Below are positions 1 to 15,584 of a stretch of 64,000 bases of DNA, piece by piece; position 1 is the stretch's first letter; each line of letters opens with the position of its first letter. The notes under the pieces are model-generated. The model was given only the letters and a program-made list of their open reading frames with translations, was not told the DNA's origin and ran no database searches. The DNA lies in the NCBI GenBank assembly GCA_964016885.1, contig OZ024746.1, positions 38,502,001-38,566,000 on the forward strand. Direction: 5' to 3'. Made by a program: the position numbers and the translations under genes. This DNA is from Eledone cirrhosa (taxonomy: Eukaryota).

Positions 1-184
1 GAAGCTTACACACCAACCAGGATTGCTGCCTATGATCATGGAAGGAACAACAGTATCAACAACAATATATACAGGTTATTTCGGGGAGGGAGGATAACTT
101 CAAAATCAGGAGGTTCATAATCACAACCAGTGTTGATATGGCTCTTAGGATAGGATAGCTGGAAGTCCGTGCTATTAGAATAAT

Positions 185-371
185 TGTTTCTACTTTTGGC
201 ACAAGGCCAGCAATTATTCCAGTGCATTACTGGTGCTTTATTTTATCGACCTAGTAAGGATGAAAGGCAAAGTTAACCTCGGCGGGATTTGAACTCAGAT
301 CGTAAAGGGGCGTAACTCTGTGCTTCAAAGAATGGCGTCCGACCCTCTTCTGATACTGCCAATCAACTGCC
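185..371 (-). mobile_element. tRNA-derived Meta/MESC-domain SINE, full length, with 13-bp TSD
   Basis: Minus strand has A-box-like tggcagtatcag, B-box gagttcaaatccc, core gcctttcatcctt...gtcgataaaataaagcaccag and 3' ggccttgtgccaaaagtagaaac. Flanked by ctattagaataat at 172-184 and 372-384. Confidence 0.9.
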
Positions 372-1730
372 CTATTAGAATAATGGCAGTTGCATCTAAT
401 GCAATTAAACCATGGCTTTCACATCCATCATGAACACCGGTACTATCAGCAGCAACAATATGATGATATTTGATGGCGTAGCATTCGTCACTCATATCAA
501 GAACGATGATAAGTCATATGTCGTCTCAGAAGCATAAGCTCTGAAGCATTCTACTGTCCCGCGCAGGGTGACAAATTCACCCTTATTCCGTCATACATAA
601 ACTGGCGAGTTACAATGGATGACTGTCAGATTTGAACACCCAGTGATGGGCTGTAAACGGGTGGATACGATATGGAATTCGAATAGATACCTTCAGCATG
701 ATTGGTCTTCAATTGGTATGGAAGTACGAATGCAGGTAAAACTTTAAAACCGAACGAGATTCCTTACCAGATCTTGCACTCAAAGGTCATTCTATTTCAT
801 GTTCATTTACGTCCCCAGTTCAAATTCTGCCGGAGGTACAGATTAAATATTGAGCTTAATTTAAACAATTCTATTTTCACACAACCTTTGCGTGTGTGGT
901 AGATTGGTATACCCACAAATGTGTTGCTTTTCAAGTCACTTCAAATGCATATAGACTGGACTTTACCTTTCTTTTTTCTATTGATCAATAAAATAAACAC
1001 CACTAGTTAAGTATTAATATTGATTACGTCGATGACAACCTGTTCCTCATTTTCACAATGTCAATGTTTATGAAATGAATAGTATTTAAGTATTAATGGG
1101 TAGTAGTAACCAACTCAACCTTCTACCACATACAATTTATATATCATTGGAACTTATATTTAGTATAGGCGAAAGCGATGGATTGGAAACATTGGGTGTG
1201 CGTCAGTCACATTACCTTAAATTATTTAGTCATGTCATTTTAGTTTCTTGATGGAAGTCACGCCAGACTTGACATTGTCTTTCATAATTCCTGAATCTAT
1301 AAAGTAGGTATTTTATCAATCCCATCATGTAAATACTAAATGAAACTGTAGACAAAGCTTGTTTTTCAATTAATTTAAAGTTTGTCATTACATAATTAAC
1401 CTACAGAGGTCATTTGCAATCAAGTATAGATTGATATTACGTACTATGCTTTCGCTGTGGGATTTAGGTACTCACTCGAACCTCTCTACATTAATCCAGT
1501 GGAATAACCAGGATATGACAGTTGGAAGAAACGGGTTGCGCAAAGACTGGGCTGGAACTATTTTTATTGACCCATGAATGGATGAAAGGCAAATGGACCT
1601 GGATGGGACTTAGACTCAGAATACATAGACCCAGAACAAATATCCAACGTTCCAATGACTGTACCAAATCGCCTACAATTATAGAACAATATTCCTACAT
1701 TAACATGTCATAGCAAGGAATAACAAGCTG

Positions 1731-1830
1731 CCGAGGTTAATTTTGCCTTTCATCCTTATGAGGTCGATAAAATAAAGCACCAGTAATGCACTGAGGTAAT
1801 TGCTGGCCTTGAGCCAAAAGTAGAAACAAA
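1731..1830 (+). mobile_element. 5'-truncated copy of the same SINE
   Basis: ccgaggttaattttgcctttcatcc...gtcgataaaataaagcaccag...tagaaaca. Confidence 0.85.
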
Positions 1831-2309
1831 TATAAGAAACCTGTGTGGGGCAGGTGGAGTTAAATTATTGTTAAATTGTAGCTCAAATTTTGTATATCTG
1901 CAATCAAAATCAAAACAAACTGCGACTAGTGATCAGTTACCACTGACCAATAACCCAATTTAGTATAGTTCAACTTTGAAAATGTTTATTCAGCATAAAC
2001 GAAGTGTATCAAGTGCTGAAACTTAACAGTCAGTAAGAATTTTACCTCGTCTGGGAGGTATTTATTAAAGCAAATCAAGTTTTCTTTTTACAAGTCATTT
2101 GTTTACAGCTCAATATAGTAATGTTAAATATGAGGCGGAAGTTCCGCGATAATGCGGTCAAATTAATGTTGAACAATTTTTAATGTTGTTTGTTGTTCTT
2201 TTTGTTTATGAATTTTCATCGAGATCAGAGAAAAACTTTTGAAACTCAATATGTTTGCATTCATTTCGTTAAAAAAATTGACAATTCTATCATTGGTTTT
2301 ATTTTTCAG

Positions 2310-2381
2310 AGACGGTGGCAGAAATTTATCATTGGATGTGAATAGATTTATAAGGTTAATTTATGCCGAAACTATTTCAAA
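2310..2381 (+). CDS. Candidate 72-nt internal exon (phase 2-2), weakly LRR-like
   Basis: Acceptor ttttatttttcag and donor gtaagt. Only one frame is open: DGGRNLSLDVNRFIRLIYAETIS. No partner exons confirmed. Confidence 0.35.
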
Positions 2382-3059
2382 GTAAGTAAATGTCACATAT
2401 AAGCTCAGAATCATTGAGTTATTTACGATTAAACTTGTTAAGATGAGTCATTATACGAGCGGAAAATGATAATTCTTAAAACTAAGGATTTGCTAAGTTA
2501 ATTTACCGACTATATATTATCTTCCAACTGTCGGATATTTTTAGATATGTTCAATATAAGAAATAACTATTCATTACCGTTTACCCCAGGGTCAGGTTTG
2601 GGTAAGTAGACAAAGAAATAAAAGGGGAAACAAGCATGTTCCGTATATAATAATATCTTTATCGGTCGCTTCGTACATAATTCATGTAGGAAAACATTAA
2701 ACTGTCATTCTTTGATTCTCTCCGACTTTTCAAAGCCGGTGGGCTATCATGTAGGGAGAAATTGGTTGCTATCTCAAACAAGTCGAGCAACCTCATAAAG
2801 ACATCTTTCTTGGCATTAGTTCCAACTTCTTCATTACTATTAGTATTGTTTTATGGGCATAGATCGCAAAAACGAAGGTAATTACAGCTTTTTACATCAC
2901 TTGATGAATCAGAAAACAGTCCTTTATAAGAATATGACTAAACCTTACCACTATAAACATTTCCTAATATAATAAATTACCCTAATTCTGTGGCTGCTCA
3001 TTTTCTTCGCCTTTCGTTGTTAACGTAGTATGCCCGAGTGGGATATATTTGGGTTGAGT

Positions 3060-4330
<1,271 letters not shown>

Positions 4331-4867
4331 ACATTTATATTATATACGAATGTTTGTTTGTTTGTTTTTTTTTTTGACAATTGCATACTTTGGGATTTTT
4401 TTGTTGATTTGTTTTTTTCTCCTTCAGATCATTATTTTTGTTTCTTCATTATTGACACGATGAATAATGTTTTTGTGAGATAATTATTTTTTTTTTCTTT
4501 CGCAATCTTTTATTATCGCCTAAAAATAACATTTTCAATTGCTGGTTATATTATTTTTCTTTTAATTCCTTTACGTTTTTCCTAACTTATATTCGTCATT
4601 ATATAAACTTGTATGTCATACTTTGTATATTTATATGTCTAGAGGAATATGTGTGTTATATGCGTTTGCATGGATTTTTTTTTCTTTTTGCGTTTGAAGT
4701 GGTTACGTGAGTATGTGTATGTGTGTATATATAAGAACGATTTTATATTAGATTCTGTGGAGCTCTGTATAACCACTGAATTTCTGAATCGATAAATGTT
4801 CTATGTGACTTTAGCATGTGTACAGATGTGCACATTTGCTAACGTTTATATATATATATATATATAT

Positions 4868-4963
<96 letters not shown>

Positions 4964-5347
4964 TCTGTGTGTGCGTGTGTGTGTGTGTATGTATATATAT
5001 ATGGCTTCATGCATGCTTTCCAATCAATATACAAGAAAGTTTCAGTTGATGCTTACCTCGACTGTGTGCTCAACATTATCGCTTTAGAACCATGCCCTTT
5101 GGAGTTCAATCCCATTGCATGGCACCTTGAGAAAATGTATTCTAACACTTCTTCGTGTTGCCCTTTCTGGGTACTTATTTCATCGGTGTTTGAGTCTTCA
5201 CATAATGATTAAAATGTTATGACGATTTGACAGTCAATATTCATTTCTAGTACAGACTTTGTGTATTATCCTTCCGTTGTCCGAAAATATATTCCAGTCA
5301 TGTATTTAATGTTTTCTTAATTCATTAACAAGAAGTAACTTAATAGT

Positions 5348-5535
5348 TACAAATGTAGGCAGAAGGCCAACAGTTTAGGTGGAATGTTGGTTATATTCAC
5401 CCCAGTACGTAACTGGTACCTAATTTATCTACTCCAGAAGGATGAAAAGCAGAGTTGACATCGGTGTTGTTTGCACACAAATCGTATTTCAATACCGCCA
5501 AGCAGTTTTGGCCCACGCTCCAACAATCCACCAAA
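5348..5535 (-). mobile_element. Older, diverged Meta-domain SINE
   Basis: Minus strand gcttttcatccttctggagtagataaattaggtaccagttacgtactgggg...ggccttctgcctacat. Confidence 0.75.
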
Positions 5536-6489
5536 TAGTAAATTAATTTTAAAAAGAAAACACCCACAAAACTACGTGAGCAGAATACATATATATTGAA
5601 ATAATAAATCTTGCTAAATCTGTTGCTAAATAACATTTTTCTTTTGTATTTTATGTTTCTTTCCATTTTGTGTTTTAGAATTTACAATATAATTTTTTTC
5701 TTTTTAAATTTGTTCTTCAAACACGATATCATCTTAGCTTATTAGTTTACTCTTTACTCTTTTCTTGTTCTAGCCAGCAGACTTGGGACCATAGAAGAAC
5801 ACCACCTTCAAATTATATAAAATTCCTTTTTCATTAATGTTTTCCAACATTTTTAAATTATTCCATAGCTGTGAAGAGAAACTTGATATGATTAATATCA
5901 TTTTTTAATGCATCATATTTCAAACCAGTTCTGTCTCTATCCATAATCTTATTAATATCATAGTTGTTTTTCTTCTTCTCCTTTCCCCCTACCGTAATTC
6001 ATGATATACGCACCTTGTTTTCTAGATTTTGCCATATAAATACACTTAGAATGTAACTTTTTCACACTACATCACTTTCGTTTTCTTAGTTATACTTCAG
6101 AATTTCTTTTTCATCTTTGCCAGTATTTTTATATTCGTATTTTTCCTTTTTTTTTTTGAGAGAGGATGGTTGATATTATAATATCATTATAGATCATTTT
6201 TTAACAGTTTCTGTATCTATATATTATTTATTAATATCAATTCCTTTTTTGATTTTCTAAATTTGCCGCTTTATCCCTTTGTGTCTTTCTCTCACCTTCT
6301 ATCTATCAATCTGTTATCGATCTTTCTATTTCGTTTTAGTTGGTATTCTCTTTTTCTCTAATTATCACTATGTTTCCCTCTTCCTTCTCCCTTTCTGTCA
6401 CTTTCTAGATATTGTTCTATGCTTCGCTCTTTCTCTCTCTCTTCATTTCTCTCTATCTCTCGCTCTTTATCTCTTTCCCTCTTTCACTA

Positions 6490-6544
6490 TCCCCCATCTC
6501 TCTCTATCTCTCTTACGTAACTATCTCACTCTCGTGCAGTGTAT

Positions 6545-6599
<55 letters not shown>

Positions 6600-6654
6600 T
6601 CTCTCTCTCTCTCCTCTCTCTCTTACGTAACTATCTCACTCTCGTGCAGTGTAC

Positions 6655-6727
<73 letters not shown>
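6490..6727. repeat. (CT)n microsatellite containing a duplicated ~40-nt unit
   Basis: cttacgtaactatctcactctcgtgcagtgta occurs at about 6512 and about 6622. Confidence 0.9.
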
Positions 6728-6729
<2 letters not shown>

Positions 6730-7299
6730 AGACATATTTCAGTATATCTCAAATTATCTCTCACATCTATCTCTTTCAATATTTCCCAGTGTCTCTTCAT
6801 ATATTTCTTCACTGTAATTCTTCTACATTTTTTCTTTACATTTTCCATGAATGGTAATATATTTAGTGTTTGTGTGGGTTTGTGTGTATGTGTGTGTGTT
6901 TGTGTGTGAGTGTGTTTCCGGGAATGAGAGTTTCTGTGTATGTCAGGATGCATCTGAATGCATGTGTATGACTTATAATACTGATTTAAAAAAAATATGT
7001 TTGTGCTTGATTTTAACAACATCCATATATACCAACGTAAATATAGTTTTTATTATAGATATATCTAAAAATGCGTATTATTTGGTTATGTGGTGTATAT
7101 TATATATATAAGTCTCCGTGTATATGAGGTGTTAATCTCTGTAGAAATATAAGACGAAGTATATCCGTCGATGTGACTATACCTAATAACATATTCATTG
7201 TTAGCAAAACATTTAGTATTGAATTTGCATTTGTTCAATGTCCCTCCATATGTTCGAATTCTTTATATTCATAGAGGTTGGGGGAAACCAACCACTCAC

Positions 7300-7318
7300 A
7301 GACACATACACTCACACA

Positions 7319-7414
<96 letters not shown>

Positions 7415-7432
7415 CACACAAACACACACACA
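7300..7432. repeat. (CA)n microsatellite
   Basis: Seen directly. Confidence 0.95.
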
Positions 7433-8828
7433 CGGTTATAGATATGCTTAACTACCTACATATATATATGTCTGTGTCGGCGAAATGGCAAATTGTTTAG
7501 AGCGTCCGTATTTTTTCCAGCCCTTTGCGCCGAGATCAAGATGGATTTTCATCCTGTCACAGCCGGCGGATAAAATACTACTCCGAAGCAAGTGAAGTGG
7601 CGGAATTAATAAAGATTCAAGAAGTTGGCTTCAATGTATCGAATTACAGATTTTGCCTTCAAACTCCGCTTCTTTCTGGCAGGAGTAGAGACACACAGAT
7701 ATCGTAAACAATGAAGTAATAACAGAAGCATATTATCCTTGATAATAATAATAGAATATTGTCAAGAAGAAGAAGAAGAAGAAGAAGAAGAGCAGGTTAA
7801 TTGAAAAGAGTATAAGAATACATGAGAAATTTTAAATGTAAATGGATCTTGACGTAAAACTAATATTCGATAAAATGCGTAATAACGTAGAATTGATGAA
7901 GTTTGAATTGAACGTTTAACAACGATTACATTAATATAAAAGAAAACCTCTAAACAGACAAGACGATGCGACTAAATCTAGCTAGGGCGATAGAAATATT
8001 AAGAAGTTTATATCTATGAAACTTTATGATGCAAAATTGGAAGCAATCAGACGTTAGTAATAACATCTATATAAAGAAAGTGTAAGCATTGTCCAGATTA
8101 TGCATAAAGCACATATGAAATACTGAATTTATAGCTTTAATTAAGAATAAAATAGAAATTTAGCTATTATTAAACCTGTTGTTACGCCATTTCTATGAAG
8201 GAAAGATTTGCTAGAAATTATCATTACATTAAGATAATATTTGCAACATAACAAAATATTTTTTGTATAAAATTGTTGGAAAGCTTTTAATTTAAGTAGG
8301 AACCTTTTAAATTTGGTGTTTTTGTTTAAAAATAAAAACTCGATTACAAGCAATGTCACTTTACTTCTCACTATTATATAGATTTTGAATGATAACACAA
8401 AGCGTACAGTTTGAAATGGAAAAGATTAAATATATATAAATCTCATACAGATTACAAAGGAACATGTAATCTTTCTACACCAAGCGTTACGAGATTCTCT
8501 ATGGAAAGAAACCTATCCTCAATAGGCACTCAGAAAGAATCGGTGTGTCATCATAAAATATTTAAGAATTAATATATATATTTCCAGGTAATACTATAAC
8601 CAAATAGGTGATGTCACTCGTTACAGATATACCCGCTTTTCAACATCGTAACACATTATTATTAAATCCTAATCTTCTAGCTTAGATCCTCTCTGTACCA
8701 TGTTATGCAAACGTAATAAAACCTTTCGAACTTAATACTATACATATTACTGAACTAAACATCTTATATAGCCTATCCCTATCATATTTCTTACTGATAT
8801 TATCTTTCTCTCTCTCTGTATGTGAGTG

Positions 8829-8937
<109 letters not shown>

Positions 8938-8997
8938 GGGGAGAGGGAGAGAGAGAGACCGTGTTCGCCTACTTCCAAGAATATAATTTATCTATTT

Positions 8998-9185
8998 GCG
9001 GTGGATTGGCAGTATCGGTAGATGGTCTGACGCCATGCTTTGCAGCAAAGAGTTACGGCCCTTTATGGTCTGAGTTCAAATCCCGCCGAGGTTAACTTTG
9101 CCTTTCATCCTTACGGGTTCTATAAAATAAAGTACCAGTAATACACTGGGATAATTGCTGGCCTTGTGCCAAATGTAGAAACAAA
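8998..9185 (+). mobile_element. Meta-domain SINE, full length
   Basis: All SINE motifs present; atttatctat is duplicated on both sides (TSD). Confidence 0.9.
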
Positions 9186-9332
9186 TATTTATCTATATCA
9201 CACACACACACAAACATATATATATATATATATATATATATAACATGCACATACTCTAGATTTTACGACACTAAATCAAATAATTATTATTCACTTTCAC
9301 ATAAGTATACATTTTACTTTGCATTAATATAT

Positions 9333-9405
9333 ACGGGGTCGATAAAATAAAGTACCAGTAATGTACTCGGTAATTTGCTGGCCTTGTGCCAATAGTAGAA
9401 ACAAT
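9333..9405 (+). mobile_element. SINE 3' fragment
   Basis: cggggtcgataaaataaagtaccag...gtagaaacaatt. Confidence 0.85.
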
Positions 9406-9604
9406 TAATATATATGTGTGTGTGCATACATATGTGTGTGAATTTGGTTCTATATGGGTATTTATTGGATGGAACTTCCGTATTTGTATTCTTTATTTAT
9501 GCAATGACTGCGGATGATCTTGTGGATGTGATTGAAACGTTTGTTGAGTCAGCAGACCTAGGACTAAAAATAATGGTAGATTGATCGGTTAGTTAGAGCA
9601 TGGA

Positions 9605-9900
9605 CTTTCTTCTTCTGGCGTATGAAACAACTTAGAGCATGGAGTGTCTTCTCCTAGTCGATGTAACCAGCTCACTGTAGTGGCATCAGAGTATGTGACA
9701 TCCATATTTTCAAGTAGGCATTGATCTGAGCAATCCCTCAGTATATGTTCAACAGCCTGATCTGTTCAGCCACATTCGCAGTGTGCTGGTGGATGCAACA
9801 CACACGATCGTTTACTGAGGACCTATTTAGGCACATGTTTACTGCCTTTCTATGTGTGGCCGAACTTTTAAAAAAGTGACTAAGGACTTGAACCTAAAAG
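9605..9900 (-). mobile_element. Decayed 3' end of an I-group-like LINE (C-terminal CCHC)
   Basis: Minus strand reads HCECG.TDQAVEHILRDC and ends in an acgccagaagaagaa tail. Confidence 0.5.
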
Positions 9901-10776
9901 GAGTCGGACGTTGACTGTTAGTGATTCGACCATGGTCCTGGACGTGATGTATGCTAATAAGAGTAAGCTAGAAGCGGCAGTCAAATTCATTCAAATTACA
10001 CTTTACCTTTTTGAGAAAGGAAAGACACGTTATATAATTAGTCCCAAATATATGAAAGCGCAGGATGACAACGTTTGGAAAATCTACATAAAGTACAACA
10101 ATATAGTGGCTGACAATATACGAACCTTCTAACCATTTAGCTTGTTGCTTGAAACCTTATTTAACATATTTATTCTTTGAAAAGATAGAGGTCAAAAGAA
10201 AGAGAGAGGTCAAAATAAACATTTTAATTTAAGCCGAAATTTTCTTTTTCTACTAAAACAATGCAGTGTAAAGATGAATAAATGTATATGTTCTGAACGG
10301 ATAACGACAAATATAAACTGTCGAGGGAGAACTGAGAAGTTTCTTATTGATACTTTATAGCCAGAGGTGAACATAGTAAGGAAGATAGTAATCATAGGGA
10401 CTGGATATATAATAGTTCTTCAGGGGAAGATATATGCCAATGTGTGTGTGTGTCTTGGTGTATATATGTGTGTATGTGTGCATCTGTGTGACTATCTGTC
10501 TGTAAGTATGTGTGTCAGCCTGTGTGAATCTGTGGTTGTCTGTGTGAATCTGTGTGTCTGTGTGTATCTGTGTTTGTTTGTGTGTATATGTGTGCATCTG
10601 TGTGTTTCTGTCTATGTAAGTATGCTTATGCATGCGTGTGTACGTTTACATAGTGTATGTGTGTTTATGTGTGTATATGTGTATGTATGTCTATGGAAAT
10701 GTGACATTAGGTATGCGCACGCGTCTGTGTGTGTATATGCCAATATATATGTATGGGTAGCGATTTATGTATCTAT

Positions 10777-10873
<97 letters not shown>

Positions 10874-11162
10874 TACTTTGACGTTCATATATATATTTAG
10901 TATATTCAAATGCTGAAGTAGACATAGATGTTTGGTTAGGAAGATCCCTTAGCAAAAAGGTGGTTCCAGGCTTATTCTCATAAGAGTAACATATTGGACA
11001 AGTGCAGATGCCTCTCGTATGATTCACATATCTATGTGTGTGTCTGGCTGTATGTGTACATATGTGTGCATGTGTGTGTGTGTGTGTGCATGTGTGTGTG
11101 TGTGCATGTCTGTGTTTGTTTGTGTAAGATTGTATATATATATATATATATATGTATCTACG

Positions 11163-11651
11163 AGACCTGAAAAATGCGCAAGCTCAAAATAGCCACAGAA
11201 TGTTATAATAAACCTTCAAAAGTGTGGGACTTGAGTTGTTGCTCAAAAATATTGTAATCATTATCTATCGTACACTCTGTGGCATCCTTTTATAAAAAGA
11301 GACTCATTACGAACTCAAGACGACACGATAATTATTTAAGCTAATGTTCAATATCTCATATTAGATGTTTTGTAATGATTAATACGAAATGCACTTGAAC
11401 CGTATTCTATATTATGAATTCACTTAAATAATTATCGTGCCGTCTTGAGTTCGTCTTGAGTCACTTTTTTATAAAAGGATGCCACAGAGTGTACGATAGA
11501 TAATGATTACAATATTTTTGAGCAACAACTCTAGTCCCACACTTTTGAAGATTTATTATAACATTATGTGGCTCTTTTGAGCTTGCGCATTTTTCAGGTC
11601 TAGTTTAATACTTTTTTAAGGCAACGCTTGTAATAACTCTAGTTAACCATG
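11163..11651. mobile_element. Fold-back element: ~178-bp inverted arms (11163-11340 / 11423-11601) plus one-sided ~50-nt tail
   Basis: Arms are reverse complements with scattered mismatches; flanked by TA-rich tracts. Confidence 0.9.
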
Positions 11652-12876
11652 ATATATATATTAATAATAAATTATCGCTGTAATGTAATTAGATTATATA
11701 ATTGTTATTTTATAAATGATCTTATAAATATTATTGTAAGATGTATAAAAATATTTTCAGACTTTTAATATAAACAACTACAAAAACAATCAATATTAAA
11801 TAAATATATTTTACATAATAATTGTTATAGTTCAATTAATAAAAATTAAATATTACATACAAATAGTCTAACATAATAATAAAAAATAATCTAACATAAT
11901 AATAATAAAATAATCTAACATAAAACGAACAATAATATGGACAAATATACAAGTAAATATGATACATCCAAAATATTATAATCATGTTATAACGAATTGA
12001 AAAAAAAATAGTTAATATAAATTTTAAAAATCATATATAAATTAACAATATAACTTACCAAAACGAGAAACATATTTTGATGATAAACGACGAAATACAG
12101 GAGGAAGATTCGAAAAGGAAACGATAAATAAAGGTGCAAACAAAGTGGCGGATGCTTTTGAGCAACAATTACTCTCATTGGTTTATTAGCCAATAAGACG
12201 ATGAAATTAGCCAATAAGACGATACATTACAAAAGATGTTTGGCAGGGATCACCACGGCCAGCGTAATCCCTTAATTTTTTTATTCACAAGCTACGCATG
12301 TATGTCAGAACACGCAGACTTAAAACATTCTGTTTTTAGTCACTGCGTGTCTAAAAGATATGTGTGTATATATGTGTGCGTGCGTGTGTGTATGCTTATA
12401 TATTTATGTATATGTGCATGTAAGTGTGTATATATGTGTCCACGCATTTGTATATGTGCATGTGTATGCGGAGGATTTATGTTTGAGTGTTTTTGTGTTA
12501 ATTGTTGCCAGTGTAAGAAAGGTATTCTATGAAAAAACCGTAGCTTAAAATTAGGTCGACGAAATAAATAGCTAACTCAAACTCGTAGTGCATTGTGATA
12601 AAGTGGTTAAACATACAATTTCAGACTGGTACTCCGGTTTGGCTACAGTCTAATAACAAACAGTTGTAAATGAATTGATGAATATGTAGCTGTATACACA
12701 AAGACACAGAAACAAGGGAAATTAGAGAGATAAATACGATTAAGGAGACAACATGCATACATATGCATATATATGTGTGTGTGTGTGTGTGTTTATTTAT
12801 TTATATCTTTATGTATATATGTATATATGTATATATATATATATATATGTATTTATGTATTTATTATTTATGTAAT

Positions 12877-12914
<38 letters not shown>

Positions 12915-12918
<4 letters not shown>

Positions 12919-13011
12919 CTGTGCCAAAAATGTATACATACTTCAACAACATCCTAATAAACATGGCCTATAGATGTAATCAAAGTATGTATACATTTTT
13001 GGGACCACCTG
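12915..13011. mobile_element. 97-bp Tc1/mariner-type MITE
   Basis: 29-nt TIRs (caggtggtcccaaaaatgtatacatactt, 4 mismatches between ends); TA on both sides. Confidence 0.7.
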
Positions 13012-13038
13012 TATCTCTCTCTCTCTTTCTCTCTCTAA

Positions 13039-13069
<31 letters not shown>

Positions 13070-13147
13070 TATATCCCCACCCTCAAGAGCGTGAAACTAA
13101 TAAACCTTTGTTTGTACTGCCTCTCTGTTTTGTTCCCGTTCCATATT

Positions 13148-13200
<53 letters not shown>

Positions 13201-13206
<6 letters not shown>

Positions 13207-13648
13207 GTGAGGTTTTTTTAACAAAATGAAAAATAACCGAGGTGTCCTACACGAGTGAATGTATAAAGAAAAAGAGATGAAATCGAAAATGCACCTGGAG
13301 TCTTATTTTTTTTTAAAATATATATATTTATTTGGTTCCTTTACCGGTTTCGCAGTTCTTCTGCGAACTATTGTAACGCGAACTGGCGCGAAATTTATTA
13401 TAATTATTGACAAACCAATCAAATTACTTCTCGAAAAACCTGGCATTTCGAGCCACTTTTTCCATATAAAACAAGTAACATTCAAAGACCAACCAGATGT
13501 GAGACAAACCACAGACCCTCCATCTCAACTCTACTTTTGAAAAGCAGAAGAACTGCGAAACCGGTAAAGGAACCAAATAAATATATATATATATTTTTTT
13601 TAAAATAAGACTCCAGTTGCATTTTCGATTTCATCTCTTTTTCTTTAT
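13201..13648. mobile_element. Family A fold-back (Penelope pLTR-like) with variant hammerhead at 13533-13570 (+)
   Basis: 60-nt tail, then an arm to 13364, then an inverted longer arm; motif ctt-TTGAAAA-gcag-aagaa-ctgc-GAAA-ccgg-TA-aag. Confidence 0.85.
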
Positions 13649-13666
13649 ATATATATATATATATAT

Positions 13667-14428
13667 ATATTGTTATACTTTGGGAGGGTCATGTTGCCAA
13701 TAAGAAACACACGCACCAGTTGCTTTCACTTCAATTTATTATATATTTATAAATTTATAAATTTACAAATCTACAAATTTATAAATTTCTGGTTGGTTGG
13801 TTGGTTGGTTCCACAACCAGATTGTTGTTTATATATAGTCATAGTCCTTTCGTCACACACTCTGTGACCTCTTCAGTGACTGGGGATTCCTTTCTTTGTT
13901 TCTGTGCCTTTCCTTTCTTCTATCCTACGCCATTTTGTTTCTGTGTGTGTGTTGTGTGCTCAGTTTGCGCGTGCGCCACATCCGGGTGTCTGTGTGTGTT
14001 TGTGTTCATTTATCTATTTGTTTATTTATTTATTTATTTATTTATTGTTGGTTGGTTGTTTGTTCTATGTGTGTGTGTGTTTTCATTTTGTCCTGTGTGT
14101 GTTTTCATTTTGTCCTTAATTGTAAGTTGTGATGTTGCTGTTCCACTCATATTTTCTATTTAATTTTGGTTGTAATTCTTTTATGCTTACTGCCTCTGTA
14201 ATTTGACTAAACATTGCATCTTTTCTGTGTGTGGATTCTATTTTTATTTCTATGTTCTCTAATCTACCCCTGTGTTCTATCTTAGCATGTTGGTAGAGCA
14301 CAGATGATTCTTTATTATCTTGAAGGTCTCGCCAGTGTTCATTAACATGACCCTCCCAAAGTATAACAATATCGGTTTCAACACACGATTTCAGATAAAG
14401 AATCTTGCTAAACAAATTCAGAAACGAA
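13667..14428 (-). mobile_element. Family B Penelope-like 3' fragment (GIY-YIG C-terminus + pLTR) with inverted terminus
   Basis: ORF 14116-14415 contains NEHWRDLQDNKESSVLYQHAKIEH...QITEAVSIKELQPKLNRKYEWN. Bounded by inverted atattgttatactttgggagggtcatgtt; 55-nt tail on one side only. Confidence 0.9.
13837..13881 (-). ncRNA. Minimal type I hammerhead ribozyme motif (family B)
   Basis: agtca-CTGAAGA-g-gtcac-agagtgt-gtgac-GAAA-ggac-TA-tgact; 5-bp stems I and II. Confidence 0.8.
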
Positions 14429-14450
14429 ATATATATATATATATATATAT

Positions 14451-15286
14451 ATAAAGAAAAAAAGATGAAATCGAAAATGCAACTGGAGTCTTATTTTAAA
14501 AAAAATATATATATATATATTTATTTGGTTCCTTTACCGGTTTCGCAGTTCTTCTGCTTTTCAAAAGTAGAGTTGAGATGGAGGGTCTGTGGTTTGTCTC
14601 ACATCTGGTTGGTCTTTGAATGTTACTTGTTTTATATGGAAAAAAAGTGGCTCGAAACGCCAGGTTTTTAGAGAAGTAATTTGATTGGTTGGTCAATAAT
14701 TATAATAAATTTCGCTCCAGTTCGCGTTACAAAGTTCTTCAAACAAGAGTGAGGGGGGCAGGTTGTTTTTTTCATATATGAGTGTTTGAATTTCTTTTTA
14801 CTTTAAAAAAAAAGGGGCTCACGAAGGCTTATTTTTAATAAACGCAATTTAAAAAGAAGCCTTCTTGAGCCCCTTTTTTTTAAAGTAAAAAGAAATAAGT
14901 CAAACACCCATATATGAAAAAATAATCTGAGCCCCCCCCCCCTATTTGAAGAACTTTGTAACGCGAACTGGCGCGAAATTTATTATAATTATTGACCAAC
15001 CAATCAAATTACTTCTCTAAAAACCTGGCGTTTCGAGCCACTTTTTTCCATATAAAACAAGTAACATTCAAAGACCAACCAGATGTGAGAAAAACCACAG
15101 ACCCTCCATCTCAACTCTTCTTTTGAAAAGCAGAAGAACTGCGAAACCGGTAAAGGAACCAAATAAATATATATATTGTTTTTAAAATAAGACTCCAGTT
15201 GCATTTTCGATTTTATCTTTTTTCATTATACTTTCACTCGTGCAGGACACCGCGGTTATTTTTCATTTTGTAAAAAAACATCACTT

Positions 15287-15288
<2 letters not shown>
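14451..15288. mobile_element. Family A large palindrome (~390-bp arms, centre ~14843), tail on right arm, hammerhead variant in each arm
   Basis: Arm-to-arm reverse complement is readable throughout; embedded in (TA)n. Confidence 0.9.
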
Positions 15289-15319
<31 letters not shown>

Positions 15320-15322
<3 letters not shown>

Positions 15323-15485
15323 TACAATAACAGAGATAGCTTAAAGCTAAATTCTGACTGGTAACCATCTCACTCAACAAACATTAGGTTATTTGTTAGT
15401 ATAAACCCAATTTAAGTGTTTGGGGTGCTAACTATATGTGTTATGTGGAAAGCCAGTTGTATTATTTTATGAGATATAATTAAAG
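15320..15485 (-). mobile_element. 3' end fragment of the family seen at 33445-33770
   Basis: Shares ccatctcactcaacaaacattagg...cccaattta(a)gtgtttggggtgctaacta. Confidence 0.75.
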
Positions 15486-15534
15486 TTAAAATATATCTAT
15501 ACATATATATATATTTATACATATATTTATACAC

Positions 15535-15584
<50 letters not shown>

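Noticed and set aside
185-371. tRNA genes
   Set aside because: The A/B boxes belong to SINE heads; no cloverleaf or acceptor stem.
14451-15288. Classifying the long palindromes as TIR DNA transposons (MITEs)
   Set aside because: Arm lengths vary within a family, ends are asymmetric, arms carry hammerhead motifs, and some are linked to GIY-YIG sequence.
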